NCBI GenBank assembly: GCA_011046085.1
Contig: DSBK01000016.1
Span: 1,050 to 65,049 of the forward strand
DNA from: Actinomycetota bacterium
Lineage (GTDB): Bacteria; Actinomycetota; Aquicultoria; UBA3085; Oleimmundimicrobiaceae
DNA: 64,000 nt
Direction: 5' to 3'
In this document: positions 1 through 8,317 of the stretch, piece by piece
Numbering within the stretch: position 1 is the stretch's first letter
How the letters are laid out: every line of letters starts with the position of its first letter
Position numbers and translations under genes: made by a program
Notes under the pieces: model-generated
The model's input: the letters and a program-made list of their open reading frames with translations, nothing else
The model's database searches: none
Told to the model about the DNA's origin: nothing

Positions 1-69
1 ATGCAATCAACTTTTAACGAATACAGCAAAAAATCTAATATAGTAAAGGGAATCTGGGGCCAGGCCTGA
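1..69 (+). CDS. Possible 3' end of an upstream gene (22 codons in frame from position 1, TGA at 67-69)
   Basis: Open frame from window edge to TGA; no other support. Confidence 0.15.
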   Translation: MQSTFNEYSKKSNIVKGIWGQA

Positions 70-186
70 CAAACTTGAATAACCAACTGACCTATCAGCC
101 AAATCATTTCAAATTCTACGGACCAGCAATGAAAAAATTGAAATATGTTTGTTATTGTTCATATTTTTTATGTAAATATGTGGGGC

Positions 187-283
187 TGAGATTGCCACGG
201 CTTCGCCTCGCAATGACTTGGATGGATTGCCACGCCTCGCAAAATTGCTACCGTTGCGGGGCGTGGCAATCTCGAGCTTACTT
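187..283. repeat. Hairpin-forming intergenic repeat. A 12-bp perfect stem gattgccacgcc/ggcgtggcaatc (225-236/260-271) flanks an inner cgcaa/ttgcg stem; it also carries the cctcgcaatgac module
   Basis: Direct reading. Modules cgtggcaatctc and cctcgcaatgac recur at 4402/4441, 47820 and 62733. Confidence 0.6.
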
Positions 284-432
284 TGTTTCCCGACTTGACG
301 TCGGAGTTCCCATAAGGACAATTGGAATGGATAAATACCGGAAAATAAAGGAGCAAGAGGTATTTTTGTGTAAATTTAGATGAAATAAATGTAAGAAGTT
401 GTTTGTATAACTTTATGGAAATAAAAATTCCG

Positions 433-470
433 TGCCTGACCTGTCTGCCGACAGGCACGGCGGCAGGCAG
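433..470. repeat. Hairpin gtgcctg-N13-caggcac containing the ctgtctgccgacaggca module, 14 nt upstream of the sigma-factor start
   Basis: Same 17-mer module at 40351-40369; inverted copy ctgcctgtcggcag at 4467-4480. Confidence 0.5.
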
Positions 471-483
471 GGATGGAGAAGTG

Positions 484-1035
484 ATGGCCGAAGCGGACGA
501 AGTTCTAGTTCAAAGAATTCTATCTGGAGATGAAGATTGTTTTGAGGAGCTTGTAAATCGCCACTTTAAGGGTCTTTTATTTTTAGCGCTTCAGATGCTT
601 GATAATTTTGAGGAGGCCGAAGAAGTTGTTCAGGAAGCTTTTTTAAAGGCATATACTTCTTTGGAAAGTTACAACCCCAACTGGAGATTTTCAACGTGGT
701 TTTATCGAATTACCACAAATAAATGCTTAAACAGGTTAAGAAGGAAAAAGTTGCGGTTTTTGTGGGAGGCAAGAGAATTGCGAAATCAAAAGCTTAAAGA
801 TGATTTTGTAAATTCACCGGAGAGAACGGTAATTTCAACGGAGCGTCAGGAAAGACTGATGAGAGCAATAAGCAAACTGCCGTCAGATTACCGGGCATTG
901 ATTATCTTTAAATACTTTCAGGAACTCAAATATGAGGAAATTGCCAAAATTTTAAATATCCCGCCCTCGACGGTGGGGACAAAGCTTTTTAGAGCCCGAA
1001 TGCTTTTAAGAAAAAATTTACCGGAGGAGATATAG
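484..1035 (+). CDS. ECF-family (sigma-70 group 4) RNA polymerase sigma factor
   Basis: Region 2 and region 4 motifs (EEAEEVVQEAFLKAY, YRITTNKCLNRLRRKK, DYRALIIFKYFQELKYEEIAKIL). ATG at 484 preferred over the ORF-track 403 start, which lies in the repeat. Confidence 0.85.
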   Translation: MAEADEVLVQRILSGDEDCFEELVNRHFKGLLFLALQMLDNFEEAEEVVQEAFLKAYTSLESYNPNWRFSTWFYRITTNKCLNRLRRKKLRFLWEARELRNQKLKDDFVNSPERTVISTERQERLMRAISKLPSDYRALIIFKYFQELKYEEIAKILNIPPSTVGTKLFRARMLLRKNLPEEI

Positions 1036-1506
1036 ATGGGTTGTCCTTCATTTAAAACGCTGTCCTTTTATCTTGACGAAGAACTGCGTCCGCAGAAGAT
1101 GGCAAGGATTGCTGAACATCTTGAGCGTTGTGAGCTTTGTCGGGTGAAGTTAAAAGAATTTGAGTTTGAGCAAATTAAGATGATTGAGCTCAGTAAAGAA
1201 TTGGAGGGCATTGATTATTTGCCTCCCAGGGTTATGTATGAGGTCAGAAAAAAGAAGCGTGTGCGTTGTCGCATGACTGAGGGTTATGTTGCTCTGTTGT
1301 TGGGTGTAATTATTGCGATTGGAGCGCTCTTTATTCCAGTGGATAAATGTGGGGCGGTGATTAAATTGCTTGGCGAAGGATTATCGTCATTTCTTGTTTT
1401 TCTTCCCAATTCTGCCATCTTCTTTTTAATTCTGGCAATCGTTTGCGTCGGTGTTTTTAACCTTATTTTGCGGGGGATCAAGTCCAATGGTTACAAGAGC
1501 AGGTAG
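1036..1506 (+). CDS. Anti-sigma factor with an N-terminal zf-HC2-like motif (HLERCELCRV) and one TM helix
   Basis: Immediately follows the ECF sigma gene; Cys/His motif; hydrophobic segment ALLLGVIIAIGALFIPV. Confidence 0.6.
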   Translation: MGCPSFKTLSFYLDEELRPQKMARIAEHLERCELCRVKLKEFEFEQIKMIELSKELEGIDYLPPRVMYEVRKKKRVRCRMTEGYVALLLGVIIAIGALFIPVDKCGAVIKLLGEGLSSFLVFLPNSAIFFLILAIVCVGVFNLILRGIKSNGYKSR

Positions 1507-3070
1507 AATAAAATTTAAGATTGTTTTATTCATGGCTTTTTTGTTTTTGTTTGCCGTAAACAGTGATGTTTTGGCGGCCGGCAGGTTTATCGTTCCCGCC
1601 AATACCACTTTTGAAGGAGGCATAGGAGCGGGAGTTGTGCCAATTGAAGTCGATGGCCAACTCAAAGGCAACATTTTTGGATTTCCCGAAGAAGTAATCG
1701 TTCGCGGAGGTGTCGATGGAGATATAGGTGTTGATGCTACCGTGTATCTTAAACCAGGCGCGGTGGTTAACGGCGACATCTCTGCCGGTAAGCTCGTCAG
1801 AGAACTGGGGTCCGAATTTAATGGGAAGTTTACTTCTCGCTCCGAACCGTCTTCTCCGCCTTTTTATTTTATAATCCTGGAGCTCGTTCCCATTCTTATT
1901 TTTATTGGTTTGAGTTTCATCATACAGCGGTTTTTCTTTAATAGATTTGAAACGGTGGTTGAAGGCTGTAAAGGTAGAGGGGTGCTTTTATTTGGGTTGG
2001 GTTTTATGTCGATGATTCTCTGGATTGGTTTTTTGGCTATTATCAACGGGTTTTTTACCTTGTTTTTTTCAAGTGGTCAGGGTAGTGACCTTGGTTTGGA
2101 AACAGGGGGTTTCTCCGTGCCGACCATTATACTGTATTTTCTTGCGGCATCACCTCTCATCATATCCCTGGCAGTTTTCAGTAGGGTAGTTGGAAGGTTT
2201 GTTTTTAGCCGTTTTGTTGACTCGATTTATGCTCAAGTTATATTAGGTTCTTTTTTGATATTGTGGTTGATTTTTCTTAGTTCTTTCTTAAGTATTGTTG
2301 TTTTGCCTGTTTTGGCTATTCCGGCTTTAACTATATTGGGCTCTATTGTGGTAACGCGATACGGTTCTTTTTCGCTCGGGAGGCCCAACAAAAAGCAACA
2401 TTTTTATCTTGTGGCAACCATTTTATTTATGGTTTTTATGATTATAATCCCTGCCTCTTTATATATTTATGTTCCTCAAGTATACGGGTTAGCCTCTCCG
2501 AATTATAGAGCAGGTCAACCATTTGAGATTAATAATTTGTCTTTTAAGAAAGACTACATTGAGATAGTTTTTTTAGAAGGGGTTGGTGTGCCCATTATGT
2601 TGGACGATAATTTGCAAGGGACGGTTGTTTTAGGCAAGGGTTATTTTAACTTTGGTCTGCCTGAGTCAAAAGAGGATGAGCGCATATCCTTTGTGATAGA
2701 TAGGTGCGCTGTTTTAGTTTCAGATAAAGATAACGGTAGCTCTCTTAGCGGAAGACCTGCATCTATTTCAAAAGAGAAAGTTGACGAGGCCATGGTTAGT
2801 TTTGATTTGATGAGCAGGGATGTTATTAGAGTGCCTGCAAATATATTGGGTGTGCAATTTTTTGATTTATACAGGGTGGTAGATGTTGAAAGATTGAGAG
2901 AAACAAAGGGTTTAAATTCTTTAATTTATATGATTAGTCATGGACAAAAGATTGTCTACAAAGAAGAAAAAACTAAGCTTAATGGAAAAGAAACAACAGC
3001 GATCACTCTTTTTGCGGACGAAGGATTTTATGTCTTCCTTACGCCTGATTGCATTGGTCCTTTTGAATAA
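1487..3070 (+). CDS. Polytopic membrane protein: signal peptide, N-terminal bactofilin-like Gly/Val/Asp beta-helix repeats, then about 8 TM helices and a roughly 200-aa C-terminal domain
   Basis: Signal peptide KIVLFMAFLFLFAVNSDVLAAG; repeats VIVRGGVDGDIGVDATVYLKPGAVVNGDISAG; hydrophobic blocks 1850-2500. Start at ATG 1487 overlaps the anti-sigma gene by 20 nt. Confidence 0.5.
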   Translation: MVTRAGRIKFKIVLFMAFLFLFAVNSDVLAAGRFIVPANTTFEGGIGAGVVPIEVDGQLKGNIFGFPEEVIVRGGVDGDIGVDATVYLKPGAVVNGDISAGKLVRELGSEFNGKFTSRSEPSSPPFYFIILELVPILIFIGLSFIIQRFFFNRFETVVEGCKGRGVLLFGLGFMSMILWIGFLAIINGFFTLFFSSGQGSDLGLETGGFSVPTIILYFLAASPLIISLAVFSRVVGRFVFSRFVDSIYAQVILGSFLILWLIFLSSFLSIVVLPVLAIPALTILGSIVVTRYGSFSLGRPNKKQHFYLVATILFMVFMIIIPASLYIYVPQVYGLASPNYRAGQPFEINNLSFKKDYIEIVFLEGVGVPIMLDDNLQGTVVLGKGYFNFGLPESKEDERISFVIDRCAVLVSDKDNGSSLSGRPASISKEKVDEAMVSFDLMSRDVIRVPANILGVQFFDLYRVVDVERLRETKGLNSLIYMISHGQKIVYKEEKTKLNGKETTAITLFADEGFYVFLTPDCIGPFE

Positions 3071-3125
3071 ACTTTTTAAAAATCTCAGATTTATGCCCTA
3101 TTGTTTTTTCGAGAGCCCCATCTTT

Positions 3126-3190
3126 TTGAATAAATTTCCAATTTATTGAATATTTATTGACAAATATTCAAGTTTTATGTATATTATGAC
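3126..3190 (+). promoter_or_regulatory. arg operon promoter (-35 TTGACA 3157-3162, 17-nt spacer, -10 TATATT 3180-3185) overlapped by three ARG-box-like ArgR operators
   Basis: Candidate ARG boxes TTGAATAAATTTCCAATT, TTGAATATTTATTGACAA and TGACAAATATTCAAG match the TNTGAATWWWWATTCANW consensus; argR lies in the same cluster. Confidence 0.55.
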
Positions 3191-3228
3191 GATAATATAG
3201 AAAATTTTAGGATTTTAAGGAGAACAAG

Positions 3229-4272
3229 ATGATTAAGGTTGGAATAATAGGAGCATCTGGCTATACTGGCGCTGAGTTGATGCGGATGTTGATAAACCAT
3301 CCTGATGTGGAAATATCTTATGTGACCGCAAACAAATATGCGGGGCAAAAAGTTGCTTCCCTTTATCATAATTTTTATGGCATATGCGATCTTTTGTTTG
3401 AAAAATTTGACTTAGATACGGCAAAGAAAAATGCTGAAGTGTTCTTCGTTGCTCTCCCCCATGGAACGGCCATGGATGTTGTTCCCGATCTTTTAGGAGA
3501 TAACCGGAAGGTTATTGATCTAAGCGGCGACTTTCGTTTTTTTGAGAAAAGTGTTTATGAAAGTTGGTACAAGATGCCTCACAAATATCCTGAACTCCTT
3601 GGAAAAGCCGCTTATGGTCTTTGTGAGATGAATCGGGAAGAGATTAAGAAGTCTAATTTCATTTCCAATCCGGGTTGTTTTCCCACGGGGTCGGTTTTAG
3701 CGATAGCGCCTCTTTTGAAGAAAAATTTGATTTTTGGGGACGACATTGTGGTTGACGCTCTTACCGGTGTCTCTGGAGCCGGTCGCGGTGCTAAAGAAGG
3801 GACTCATTATTGTTCATGTGATGAAAATGTAAGCACATACAAAGTGGGAGGCATTCATCAGCATATTCCCGAGATGGAGCAGGAAATGGGTAAAATTTCC
3901 GGTAAAGAGGTAAAGCTCACTTTTGCTCCCCATCTTGCGTCCTTTTCAAGGGGTATTTACAGCACAATATATTCCAAGTTAAAAGAAGGTATTTTAACGG
4001 AAGAACTCTTAAAAGTCTATAATGATTTTTATAAAAACGATTATTTCGTTAAGGTTTTATCTAAAGGTATTTATCCTGAGGTTAAATCCGTTGCAGGCTC
4101 GAACTTTTGCCAAATTGGATTGGAGGTTGATAAGAGAACCAGCAGGGTGATCGTGGTTTCGGCAATCGATAATTTGGTTAAAGGGGCATCGGGCCAGGCA
4201 ATTCAAAATATGAATTTAATGTGTGGATTTGATGAGAAAGAAGGTTTAGAAGTAGTGGGACTTGTGCCTTAA
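3229..4272 (+). CDS. argC: N-acetyl-gamma-glutamyl-phosphate reductase
   Basis: N-terminal MIKVGIIGASGYTGAELMRML Rossmann motif; catalytic Cys region NPGCFPTG; RBS AAGGAG. Confidence 0.9.
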   Translation: MIKVGIIGASGYTGAELMRMLINHPDVEISYVTANKYAGQKVASLYHNFYGICDLLFEKFDLDTAKKNAEVFFVALPHGTAMDVVPDLLGDNRKVIDLSGDFRFFEKSVYESWYKMPHKYPELLGKAAYGLCEMNREEIKKSNFISNPGCFPTGSVLAIAPLLKKNLIFGDDIVVDALTGVSGAGRGAKEGTHYCSCDENVSTYKVGGIHQHIPEMEQEMGKISGKEVKLTFAPHLASFSRGIYSTIYSKLKEGILTEELLKVYNDFYKNDYFVKVLSKGIYPEVKSVAGSNFCQIGLEVDKRTSRVIVVSAIDNLVKGASGQAIQNMNLMCGFDEKEGLEVVGLVP

Positions 4273-4340
4273 AATAGTGAGGAGTGGGTAGAGGAATTCA
4301 GCCCTCAGTCGCCAGTCTTCAGGGAAACCAAAAATGTTTA

Positions 4341-4530
4341 GATTGGCTGGAAGCTGGAGACCAGACTGTTGAATTTCGTCATTGCGAGCGACCAAAGGGA
4401 GCGTGGCAATCCCTTTACCAGCGAGATTGCTTCGGTTTGACCTCGCAATGACGCTAAAATGTACTCCTGCCTGTCGGCAGACATGGCATTTTGGCTATTA
4501 TTCAACAGTCTCGAGACCGGAAGCTGGAGG
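4341..4530. repeat. Nested palindromic intergenic element of about 190 bp (MITE/BIME-like)
   Basis: Outer 12-bp perfect arms agactgttgaat (4363-4374) and attcaacagtct (4500-4511); inner 11-bp arms gtcattgcgag/ctcgcaatgac (4378-4388/4443-4453); core hairpin aaaggga-gcgtggcaa-tcccttt; plus the ctgcctgtcggcag hairpin and ggaagctggag repeats. Confidence 0.65.
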
Positions 4531-4548
4531 CTAATATTGGAGGAAATT

Positions 4549-5760
4549 ATGTCTAAGATGAAAATTATACAAGGAGGAGTAACCGCTCCCGCTAGCTTTA
4601 AGGCATCGGGGGTTTCGTGTGGAATAAAAGCAAGCGAAAAAAAAGATTTAGCAGTTATTCTTTCGGAGGTTCCGGCCACAACGTCCGCGGTTTTTACAAC
4701 CAACAAAATGGCTGCAGCCCCCGTGCGTTTTAGCCGTTGCAATGCGCGAAATGGAATTTGCCGGGCAGTGGTCATAAATAGCGGAAATGCCAACGCTTGC
4801 ACTGGTTTAAAAGGAGAAGAAGATGCTTTCGAGATGATCGATAAAACGGCGGAGGCATTAAGCATCCATCCTCAAGATGTAATCGTTGCATCCACAGGTG
4901 TAATTGGTGTTCCTCTTCCAATGGATAAGGTTGAGAAGGGAATAGTCGATGCCATCTCACTTTTAAGTAAAGAGGGGCATACAGATGCGGCTGAGGCCAT
5001 CATGACAACCGATACCTACTCAAAAGAGATTGCTGTTCAGTTTGAATTTCGGGGAAAGACCGTAACAATTGGGGGAATGGCGAAGGGTTCGGGCATGATT
5101 GCGCCAAATATGGCCACAATGCTTGCCTTTTTGACTACCGATATAAATATTTGCCGCACTTGTTTAAGGGCTAGCTTAACTGAAGCTGTTAATAAATCTT
5201 TCAACATGATTACCGTTGATGGGGAAACGAGTACCAATGATATGGTTGCCGTTTTAGCAAGCGGTAAGGCAGGAAATGAAAAACTTATTCTTGGGGACGA
5301 CGATTATAATGTTTTTCAAAAAGCCTTAAATTACGTGGCAACCGAACTTGCAAAAATGATAGTAAAAGATGGTGAGGGGACAACAAAATTCATTGAGATT
5401 GATATTAAAGGGGCCAAAACGGGCAAGGATGCCAAAAAGGTGGCGATGGTGATTGCCAACTCAAATTTGGTTAAGACCGCTTTCTTTGGCGAAGATGCAA
5501 ATTGGGGCAGGATAATCTCCGCATTGGGGCACTCGGGGACCGAGATTGATCCCGAAACGGTAGATATTTACTTTGATGACGTTCAAATTGTAAAAAACAG
5601 CATCGCCCTTTCTTTTGATGAAAACAAGGTAAATGAGATTCTTAAAAACGATGAGATAAGGGTGATTGTGGACTTAAACATTGGTGATGGTAAGGCAAAA
5701 GTTTGGACATGCGATTTAAGTTACGATTATGTAAAGATAAATGCTTCTTATCGGACTTAG
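4549..5760 (+). CDS. argJ: Bifunctional glutamate N-acetyltransferase / amino-acid acetyltransferase
   Basis: ArgJ family motifs (ATMLAFLTTD, TNDM); RBS GGAGG 5 nt upstream of ATG 4549. The ORF-track start at 4459 lies in the repeat. Confidence 0.9.
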   Translation: MSKMKIIQGGVTAPASFKASGVSCGIKASEKKDLAVILSEVPATTSAVFTTNKMAAAPVRFSRCNARNGICRAVVINSGNANACTGLKGEEDAFEMIDKTAEALSIHPQDVIVASTGVIGVPLPMDKVEKGIVDAISLLSKEGHTDAAEAIMTTDTYSKEIAVQFEFRGKTVTIGGMAKGSGMIAPNMATMLAFLTTDINICRTCLRASLTEAVNKSFNMITVDGETSTNDMVAVLASGKAGNEKLILGDDDYNVFQKALNYVATELAKMIVKDGEGTTKFIEIDIKGAKTGKDAKKVAMVIANSNLVKTAFFGEDANWGRIISALGHSGTEIDPETVDIYFDDVQIVKNSIALSFDENKVNEILKNDEIRVIVDLNIGDGKAKVWTCDLSYDYVKINASYRT

Positions 5761-6093
5761 GTGATTTTAATGAAGATAAATTTGTCAAAAACTTGGAAAT
5801 TGATTTTTTTAATCATTTTATTTTTGGAGCTAAGTTTTTTAGTTGGCCTTATTTTCGTCAAAGACAGTTCAATTGCCACTAAAATTGTAAGTATTTTGGT
5901 TTGCGCCGCTTATTTTATTTATATTATTAGGCGGCCCGCGCCGGATGTGTTGTGGGGTATTATTTCTTTGCCATTCGGTCTTTTAATTTTTTATAAAGCT
6001 GCGGGTTTTTCTCTTAGTTTGACGGTTTTATTATCTGTTGGCCTTGCTTTTTTAACCTTAATTTTATTACCTTGGATTCTTTACCGAGGGTAG
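5761..6093 (+). CDS. Small membrane protein of about 110 aa with 3 TM helices, function unknown, inserted between argJ and argB
   Basis: Open frame with GTG 5761 / ATG 5770 starts; strongly hydrophobic; tightly packed between the argJ stop and the argB RBS. Confidence 0.4.
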   Translation: MILMKINLSKTWKLIFLIILFLELSFLVGLIFVKDSSIATKIVSILVCAAYFIYIIRRPAPDVLWGIISLPFGLLIFYKAAGFSLSLTVLLSVGLAFLTLILLPWILYRG

Positions 6094-6105
6094 GATGGTG
6101 AAAAG

Positions 6106-6975
6106 ATGAATATGAACAACGTTTTACGAGCCGAAGTTCTCGTGCACGCTCTTCCTTATATAAAGGAATATTACGGGAAAACTGTGGTCATTAAATATGG
6201 CGGCAATGCCATGGTCGATGAGAAATTAAAAGAGTCTGTGGCCACGGATATTGTTTTAATGAAATATGTGGGCATAAATCCGGTGATTATTCACGGTGGC
6301 GGCCCCGAAATAACAAAAATTATGAAGAAGATGAACAAAAAAGTTCAGTTTGTTAAAGGTTTGCGAGTTACGGATAAAGAGACGATGGAACTTGTTAAGA
6401 TGGTATTGGTTGGAAAAGTAAACAAGGAGATTGTTACCTTGATAAATCGACATGGTCGCATAGCGGTGGGTATCAGCGGGGATGACGCGGAATTAATTAT
6501 TGCAAAGAAATTTGTTTTACCCGAGGTTGATTTGGGCTTTGTGGGCGAAGTTGAAAAAATAAATTCTGAGATTTTAAATGGATTAATCAAGGATGGATTT
6601 ACTCCGATCATTGCCTCGGTTGGAGTTGGAAGTGACGGGCAAAGTTATAATATAAATGCCGACTTGGTGACCGCAAAAATTGCTTCGGCCTTAAAGGCAG
6701 ATAAATTGATATTTTTAACCAATGTGGATGGACTCTATGAAGATTTTGAAAACAAGAGTTCACTTATTTCGGAGTTATCGCTGGCAAAATGTGATGAGCT
6801 TATTAAGGGAGGCAAGGTGGATGAAGGGATGCTTCCAAAGGTCAAGTCATGTGTCGCTGCGTTAAGTGATGATGTTAAAAAAGCGCACATTTTAAACGGG
6901 ACGGTTCCCCACTCGCTTCTTTTGGAAATATTTACCGATGAGGGGATTGGAACGATGATAACCACCAGCCGATAG
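6106..6975 (+). CDS. argB: Acetylglutamate kinase
   Basis: AAK family (KYGGNAM, GGGPEI); position in the arg operon. Confidence 0.9.
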   Translation: MNMNNVLRAEVLVHALPYIKEYYGKTVVIKYGGNAMVDEKLKESVATDIVLMKYVGINPVIIHGGGPEITKIMKKMNKKVQFVKGLRVTDKETMELVKMVLVGKVNKEIVTLINRHGRIAVGISGDDAELIIAKKFVLPEVDLGFVGEVEKINSEILNGLIKDGFTPIIASVGVGSDGQSYNINADLVTAKIASALKADKLIFLTNVDGLYEDFENKSSLISELSLAKCDELIKGGKVDEGMLPKVKSCVAALSDDVKKAHILNGTVPHSLLLEIFTDEGIGTMITTSR

Positions 6976-6993
6976 GTATGGCAGGTGGTTAGT

Positions 6994-7088
6994 GGGTAGT
7001 CGACAGAGGGGAGTGGGGAGTAAAAATAATCACTACCGACTCCCGCTTGCCCGGTCCTGACGGGGCCAAGAGACTACCGACTGATTGG
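6994..7088. repeat. Intergenic element with two actaccgact modules (cactaccgactcccgc 7031-7046; aagagactaccgactgattgg 7068-7088)
   Basis: Near-identical module pair at 11031-11070; gggtagtcgac / actacc imperfect inverted repeat. Confidence 0.5.
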
Positions 7089-7097
7089 CTGATTAGG

Positions 7098-8297
7098 ATG
7101 GGGAAAAGAATGGATTTTGAGGATTATGTAAAAAAAGATTCACAATTTTATATGCACACGTATGCTCGTCTTCCTGTCCTTTTCGTAAAAGGAAAGGGCT
7201 GTACTTTGTGGGACATTGATGGCAAAAGCTACCTTGATTTTGTGAGTGGGCTTGGGGTCGCCAGTATCGGCCACTGCCATCCTGTGATTGTTGAGGCGGT
7301 AAAAAAGCAAGTTGAAGAGTTAATGCATGTATCTAACCTATTTTATACTATCCCACAGGTTGAGTTGGCTGAAAAGTTGATCGATGTTTCGTTTGGGGAC
7401 AAATGCTTTTTTGCAAACAGCGGGGCGGAAGCAAACGAAGGCGTTGTTAAATTGGCGCGCAAATATTCCAAGACCTTTTTAGGTGAAGATAAATACGAAA
7501 TTATAACGGCCCTTCGCTCTTTTCATGGTCGAACTATGAAGATGCTTGCCGCGACGGGTCAACCTGAAAAACAAAAACCCTTTGAGCCGATGCCAATTGG
7601 TTTTAAACACGTTCCCTTAAATGATTTAGATGTTCTAAAAGAGGCGATAACAGATAAAACTTGTGCGATAATGTTGGAACCAATACAAGGAGAGGGCGGC
7701 GTTTATCCGTGTGGTTTAGAATATCTTCAAGGTGTGCGCAATTTTTGTAATGAAGAGGGGTTGCTTTTAATCTTGGATGAAGTGCAAACTGGAATTGGCC
7801 GAACGGGTAAGATGTTTGCGTATGAGCATTACGGTATCGAGCCGGATATAATGAGTTTAGCCAAGGGTTTGGGTGGAGGCGTCCCGATTGGAGCAATCAT
7901 TGCAAGGGATGAGGTGGCCAAGGCATTTGAGCCGGGTGATCACGGCTCGACTTTTGGCGGTGGCCCCGTCGCTTGCGCGGCGGCATTTGCGGCGTTAAAA
8001 GTTATTGAAGATGAGGAATTGGTAAAAAATTCTTACCAAATGGGGAACCTTATCGAAGAGAAGTTGCAAGAATTATCCAAAAGTTTTCCAATTAAAGATC
8101 TTAGGGGGAAGGGTTTGATGATTGGGATTGAACTAGAGGGCGAAATGGCAAAAGAAATCGTTTCCAAATGCTTGAACGAGGGATTAATTATAAATAATAT
8201 TGGTAAAAAGATTATTCGTTTTCTTCCTCCTTTGTGTATAACGGAGGAAGATGTAAATAAGGCAATCAATATTTTTAAGGGAGCATTGTTGAATTAG
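7098..8297 (+). CDS. argD: Acetylornithine aminotransferase
   Basis: Class-III PLP aminotransferase motifs (LDEVQTGIGRTGKMFA, SLAKGLGGG); position in the arg operon. ATG 7098 or 7110; the ORF-track start at 7047 lies in the repeat. Confidence 0.85.
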   Translation: MGKRMDFEDYVKKDSQFYMHTYARLPVLFVKGKGCTLWDIDGKSYLDFVSGLGVASIGHCHPVIVEAVKKQVEELMHVSNLFYTIPQVELAEKLIDVSFGDKCFFANSGAEANEGVVKLARKYSKTFLGEDKYEIITALRSFHGRTMKMLAATGQPEKQKPFEPMPIGFKHVPLNDLDVLKEAITDKTCAIMLEPIQGEGGVYPCGLEYLQGVRNFCNEEGLLLILDEVQTGIGRTGKMFAYEHYGIEPDIMSLAKGLGGGVPIGAIIARDEVAKAFEPGDHGSTFGGGPVACAAAFAALKVIEDEELVKNSYQMGNLIEEKLQELSKSFPIKDLRGKGLMIGIELEGEMAKEIVSKCLNEGLIINNIGKKIIRFLPPLCITEEDVNKAINIFKGALLN

Positions 8298-8317
8298 CGT
8301 TCCTGAGGGTGAGTTAG

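Noticed and set aside
75-383. 102-aa ORF on the + strand upstream of the sigma factor gene
   Set aside because: It runs straight through the hairpin repeat (187-283). It has no RBS, an odd composition, and no recognisable domain. It is most likely created by the repeat.
2940-3149. 69-aa ORF overlapping the end of the membrane protein gene and the arg promoter
   Set aside because: It overlaps the membrane-protein CDS out of frame and runs into the ARG-box/promoter region. It is Lys-rich, low-complexity, and has no RBS.
4338-4865. 175-aa minus-strand ORF and other long antisense ORFs (for example 1426-1779, 45577-45930, 57761-58321, 56904-57233)
   Set aside because: They lie antisense to well-supported conserved genes or run through the repeat. 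They have low-complexity Ser/Pro/Arg-rich composition typical of antisense frames.
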